This document shows, piece after piece, positions 59,065 to 64,000 of a stretch of DNA of 64,000 bases. The notes beneath the pieces are model-generated. The model was not told the origin of the DNA. It saw only the letters and a program-made list of their open reading frames with translations, and ran no database searches. Both the position numbers and the translations under genes were made by a program. The first letter of the stretch is position 1. Each line of letters opens with the position of its first letter. The DNA comes from Takakia lepidozioides (Eukaryota > Plantae > Bryophyta), in NCBI GenBank assembly GCA_030704615.1, contig CM060732.1, positions 24,986,001-25,050,000 of the forward strand, given 5' to 3'.

Positions 59065-61730
59065 TGTCGAGCGGCTTTTACTCACCCATCCCTTCGCTAT
59101 CCGAGGTGGAAACTCCAAGATAGAAGAGTTGGATATCTCTAAGCACTCAGCCCGCTCAGAACAATCAGTCACGACCTGCAGCTAGTGAATCATGGTTGTG
59201 CTTCCTATTTGTATTCCTTCTTGCCTTCATGTTATCAATTTACCTTACCGTGTATACTGAAGCATCAGATTACTTCAGTATCTACTAAGTTCCAATTAAT
59301 CATGCATTCATTCCACAGCTTCTCTCATGTCTCTCTACACATTATGTTTGTATCGATTCAGTATGGGATTAAGATTAATCATGTATCATGCCTATGCCAT
59401 GGTGTCCCTAATCTACCCTACTGTATAATTTTACAGCTTGCATGAATTAAGCCTCAATCAAGTCATTATCTCATCTTCACTGTTTCCGCTCTCCGTTACG
59501 TCTCCTCCTCTCTTGAAGAAGTCGCCCTCCTCAAGAAGTGATCCCCTTCCTGTTGCCGCTCTGCCTAATCTACCCGCAAGCTGTTCTAACCACCTAACTA
59601 ACTAACCGTCACCCCTGAAGTAACACGTTCCCTCTGCAGATGTCGTTCCCACACAGTCGTTCCATGTCAATGATAACTGTTCCCCATGTACTTTGACAGG
59701 CTGTGTCAAGCTGTGCCGAGCTGTGACTGGTTGTGTAAAGCTGTCTCGGGCTGTGACTGGCTGTGTAAAGCTGTGTCGGGCTGTGACTGGCTGTGCGAAG
59801 CTGTGTCGGGCTGTGTCTAGCTGTGATAGACTGTGTCTGACTGTGATAGATTGTGACGGGCTGTGTAAAGCTGTGTCGGGCTGTGACTGGCTGTGCGAAG
59901 CTATATTGGGCTGTGTAAAGCTGTGTCTGGCTGTGATAGACTGTGACGAGCTGTCTAACCCCCCTAAAGCCTGCTCCTGCCACCCCTAAGGCTCCTGTTG
60001 GTCGCAGTCTGCGCAAAAATTAAGGGTACCCCACAGAACCCGTAAAAGCGTATAAGTCCCAAGCAGCCCTCTAACATTACCCCTCCCCCTCTCAAAAAGC
60101 CGTGTCCTCATGGTTTACTGTTTGGGATCAGCAAACCTTTGTGAGCGAGCACCCTTCTGTCGGTGAGAGTCTCGTGAAAGACTCCGTGTGCGAGCCCGAG
60201 TCCTGTCACTGGCTGATGGAGATGATTGAGCACTACCTGGAAATGTCTGACCCTCCTTTGGCTGATAACGAGGTAACCTCTCAGGCATAGGAGATCCCCG
60301 TCGTTTCTTCTCTGCCATCTGAAGTGCATAGTCCTCTTCCATGTCAAAAGAGTCCTCTGAAAAAACAGTAGTATCAAAATCCTCGTCCTCCCTTAGGTGT
60401 TTTAACAGCCAAACTTTAAGTGGCTTCTCGGGAATCCTGCGTGGCATACAATGTAGGCCCACCATGTCTATAAGTTTAAACTGTACAACTTGCTGTAAGC
60501 ACTTGCAAGCAAAATTAGTGACCGCCCTGAACTCCTTAGCCGTATAGGTGAGAGGTGTGCCAATGACTTTGGAACAGTGTAAGTATTTCTAGGCTTCATG
60601 TCCCTTAAAGAAAATATCCTCAAGGCCAAATTTCTGTGTTGCCAAATTGTTCCAAGCCAAATTAAACCATGAACGAAGTTGGGAATCCTTCTGCATCATA
60701 ATTTTCGCATCATATAGGTACATATGAGGTGGCACTGAAGGTAAGACCCAATGATCCCCACAGGAATAACTCAGAAATCGTGATTGCATCTTCTGCTGCT
60801 CAATGTGATAACGTGCCATAAAACAAGCAGCATAGTATAATCCACAGCCCATGACAATACTAGATACCTCCTTGGTCTTGGTATAGATGTACCGATGTAC
60901 AACCTGGAAGGCAATTAATTCCTTCAGTATGGTACCTGCCTCAGACCAGTACCTTGCAAAGTGATGATCCTCAATGGGTTGATTGTTCGGAAGAACCTTA
61001 GTCCGAGTTGCCACCGGCAACCAAATGCGCATGATCTGGTAGTAATGTGTCAACGACTGCGGAGGACTAAATTCCTTCCAAGCCAAATCCAGCACAATGG
61101 GAATTTGGTTGAAGGGCATAATCATAGCCCGACTGTACTCGCGTGTAGCAGGAGTCCTAGGTGGGTTAAAAGCAGCATCCCCCCATACCTCAGGCTGTGG
61201 TTTGGCTGTAGTAGCAACAGGGTCAGCTACCTGCTGTGGTATTGGTACCACTGGCCCTTCTACCACTGGCATCTCCTGCACCCCCTGCGAAGAAGACTGA
61301 AAAATTAGAGTCCTGGCATGTAAATAAATAGCCATCAGCTGCTCCTCAGGAACAAAGACTCTCTTGTCAATATTTGAACTCGGGTCATCCACTTGAGTCC
61401 GCAGGCCTTCCACATCCTCCTATAGCTCCGCTATACTACTATAGACATTGTCTATAGTAGTTGTGGCAATGTTCTGCACCTGCAATCTGAGCTCATTCAT
61501 CTCGCCCTGGGTGAGCTTCCTTGGTGCTTTGTCTTCTACCAGCCCTTGTGCTAACCAGACCTGCATAAGGTGGTTATCCACCAAGTCCTGTGTGGCACCC
61601 CTGAGAGTCTGCTCCTCCGTGAGTCTGTACATATCTAACTGCTGCTGTAAAGCCTCCATGCGCTTTGCATGAGGTTCAACCAGGCCCGCATAGGTAGCAG
61701 CCAGATTATTGGCTTCCTTCCAAGCCTTGT
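59065..61730 (-). mobile_element. Truncated second copy (diverged subfamily) of the same gypsy family: 3' LTR 59065-60076, PPT, extra-ORF C-terminus
   Basis: Reverse-complement similarity to 54496-55488. PPT complement at ~60080-60093. ORFs at 60115-61730 are homologous to 39430-40049 plus 53432-54457. Confidence 0.9.
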
Positions 61731-62892
61731 CAAGATATGCACCACATACGAACAAAGCCGGAGCGAGTACAAAGAGCAAGCGGGGCTGTTACAACCCTTG
61801 CCGATTCCAGAGGGGTCTTGGAAAAGTGTCTCGATGGATTTCATGACTGCTATGCCGCTGTCAAAAGGATTCGATGTAAACATGGTGGTGGTGGATAGGT
61901 TCAGTAAAATGGGCCATTTCATTCCCACCAAAGAGACGGCAACGGCACAGGAGACTTTACTTTGCCCACGTCTTCAAGCATCATGGACTCCCGAAGGATA
62001 TTGTCTCGGACCGTGATCCAAAATTTACAAGTAAATTTTGGAGGGCACTTTGGAAGAAGATGGGGACGAGGCTCAAGATGAGCACCGCCTTCCGACCTAC
62101 GACGGACGGCCAAACGAAAAGAGTGAATTCCGTGGCGAAGCAGATCTTGCAGAATTATGTGTCGGCAGACCAATCAGACTGGGTGGAGCATTTGGATGCG
62201 GCAGAGTTTTGTTATAATAACACAAAACACTCCACAACGGGAGTTTCCCCTTTCGTATTGGTCTATGGAAAAGCACGTCTGGTGCCGACAAGTTGGGCCG
62301 CCCATGACGTTGATGAACCGGCAGCAGCAGCGGTGCTGAAAGAATGCGAGCGTTTGTTGAAGCTCGCAAAGTACAACATTGCCAAAGCTAGGAAACGGTA
62401 TAACGGCAGGCGAATCGGAAGCGGAGGGAAGTTAAATTTGAGGCAGGCACGGAGGTCTGGTTGAACATCAAGAATTTTCGACTACCTCCGGAAGTGAGTC
62501 CAAAGTTCGTACCTCCGTATGCGGGGCCCTTTCGCATCCGGAAGGTTATGAATGAGGATGTGTATGAATTGGAGCTGCCGGCAAACCGCAAGGTGTATCC
62601 GGTATTCCACGTCTCCCTTTTGAAGCCTTAGTTCAAAGATGAAGGGCGTCCGAATCGGCATCAGACATTGCGTCCGCCACCTGTGCTGTTGGATCATGAA
62701 AATGAACCTGAGTACGAGGTGGAGGCAGTGCTTAAGTCGAGGAGGTTCAATAATCGAGAAACGGAGTATCTCGTGAAATGGAAGGGCTATCATCAAGTGG
62801 AGGCAACTTGGGTGCGTGCCTCAGAAATGGAAAACGCATCCAAGGCGGTTGCAGTTTTCGAAGGACGACCTCAAAAGCGGAAGAAGCGTTGA
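61729..62892 (+). pseudogene. Chromovirus (Tcn1-like) integrase-chromodomain fragment
   Basis: GLLQPLPIP...SVSMDF...VVDRFSKMGHF, YAGPFRI...VFHVSLLKP, and chromodomain EYEVEAVLKSR...YLVKWKGY...ATW. Stops and frameshifts are present. PPT GGGGGAGGAAA at ~62916-62926. Confidence 0.9.
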
Positions 62893-63120
62893 TGGGGACA
62901 TCAACCTTGGATCGTGGGGGAGGAAATGCATGCTTAGCCTGACTTAGCTAGCTCATGAATCCGATTGCAAAAACTTGTGTTCTACAAATTTTGTTATAAT
63001 TGAAATGGTTTCCAAATGTTGTACTTCCTATTTTGTTTGGAATGGTGATGCATGGTATGGTTGGCTAGTGTGTAGAATGCATGCTAGCTTACAAAAGTGG
63101 GAGAGGTAAATTGGATTAAT

Positions 63121-63751
63121 TGTCACGGACATAGCCCAAAAGAACTTACCAGGAGTAAATACCAGAAGTTACCAAGTTATCATGTTATCGGAAGTTATTA
63201 TGACTTATCGTGATTTACCATGATCTACCATGATTTACCATTACTTACCAAGTTACCGGGAGTTTACCAAATTACCAAGAGTAATTTGAGAAACTGCTCA
63301 TGAAGCTTCCTTTGGAGGAAACTTCTCCATCAAGATACCTCATTTGTTTAAGGAAGCTTCTCCATCAAGAAAGCTTTGTTTAATCTTGGAAACTTCTCCA
63401 GCAAGAAACCTCCATAGGGGAAGCTTCTTAAGGAAGCTTCTTAATAGCCAGTATATATAGGAGGCGAGACTGGACACTCTTCAGTCTCGCCAACACCAGT
63501 TCACTACTCTTGTTTCCAGTTTCTAGTACTCTAGCCCAGTCTCCAGTATCTGGTACTCCAGTCCAGTTTCCAGCATTCCAATATTCAAGTAGTGTTCCAA
63601 TATCTTGTACTCTTGTTTCATTGTTATAAAGATCGTCTTGATTCCTATTTACTCATCATGCATTCGGCCACGCCGACCTTGACTTCTTGTCTAGTCTCGT
63701 ACCGTTAGTTTGATCTTTTGTTTGTGTTCAGTCATGTTCTCGTCCTTGACA
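63121..63751 (+). repeat. 5' LTR of another (probably chromovirus) retrotransposon
   Basis: Inverted ends TGTCACGGAC...GTCCTTGACA, a TATA box at ~63452, and a gag-like ORF downstream. Confidence 0.8.
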
Positions 63752-63789
63752 GTTTGACGAGACCAAAGTTTGTTCCTTAGTTAGTTAAG

Positions 63790-64000
63790 ATGGAAGGCAC
63801 ATTTGCGGGAATGGTCGCCACATTGCAGAGTCTTCAGCTCCAGATGCAAGAACTTCGTGCCTCTACTGCCCAACTACAAGCTGATCAGTCTCAAGATCTT
63901 GGCAACGCTCTCAACAATTTGCAACAACAAATTTCAGAGTTGAAGGAGTCGAACAATGGATCTTTACGAGTCCCTACTACAACAACCCCTACTGCAACGG
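63790..64000 (+). CDS. Gag N-terminus (runs off the window)
   Basis: ATG 39 nt after the LTR. Coiled-coil-like MEGTFAGMVATLQSLQLQMQELRASTAQLQ..., open to the window end. Confidence 0.6.
   Translation, partial: MEGTFAGMVATLQSLQLQMQELRASTAQLQADQSQDLGNALNNLQQQISELKESNNGSLRVPTTTTPTAT

Overview
Eukaryotic nuclear DNA from a non-seed land plant, probably a bryophyte (inferred from the spliced genes and the transposon lineages). The first ~20 kb holds three ordinary host genes: a 5-exon SixA-like histidine phosphatase (-), a 9-exon bromodomain protein (-) and an intronless plastid-type P-class PPR protein (+, head-to-head with the bromodomain gene). MITEs, LINE 3' stubs and Helitron-end arrays are scattered among them. 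The remaining ~42 kb is a nest of transposons. A CACTA element is inserted in a Helitron-like array. A 26.4-kb Ty3/gypsy non-chromovirus (LTRs 29060-29947 and 54496-55488, TSD CCACT) carries extra ORFs. A second, truncated copy of that family lies on the minus strand, and chromovirus pieces end the window. The main finding is a 13.4-kb Mutator-like (MULE) transposon (40050-53431, TSD GCTGCAAGG) nested in the retroelement. Divergent from its DDE/SWIM transposase, it carries a spliced gene for a ParB/Srx-like domain plus a prokaryote-type beta-class N4/N6 DNA methyltransferase fold. Its non-coding parts (one intron, the intergenic region, the right subterminus) hold about 39 copies of a GGCGCC-centred palindrome, up to the perfect 26-mer ATGGAAATTCGGCGCCGAATTTCCAT. 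This looks like a self-contained protein-plus-binding-site module, possibly for anti-silencing or self-marking. That function is inference. Many transposon ORFs are broken by single-base indels, which may be partly assembly error.
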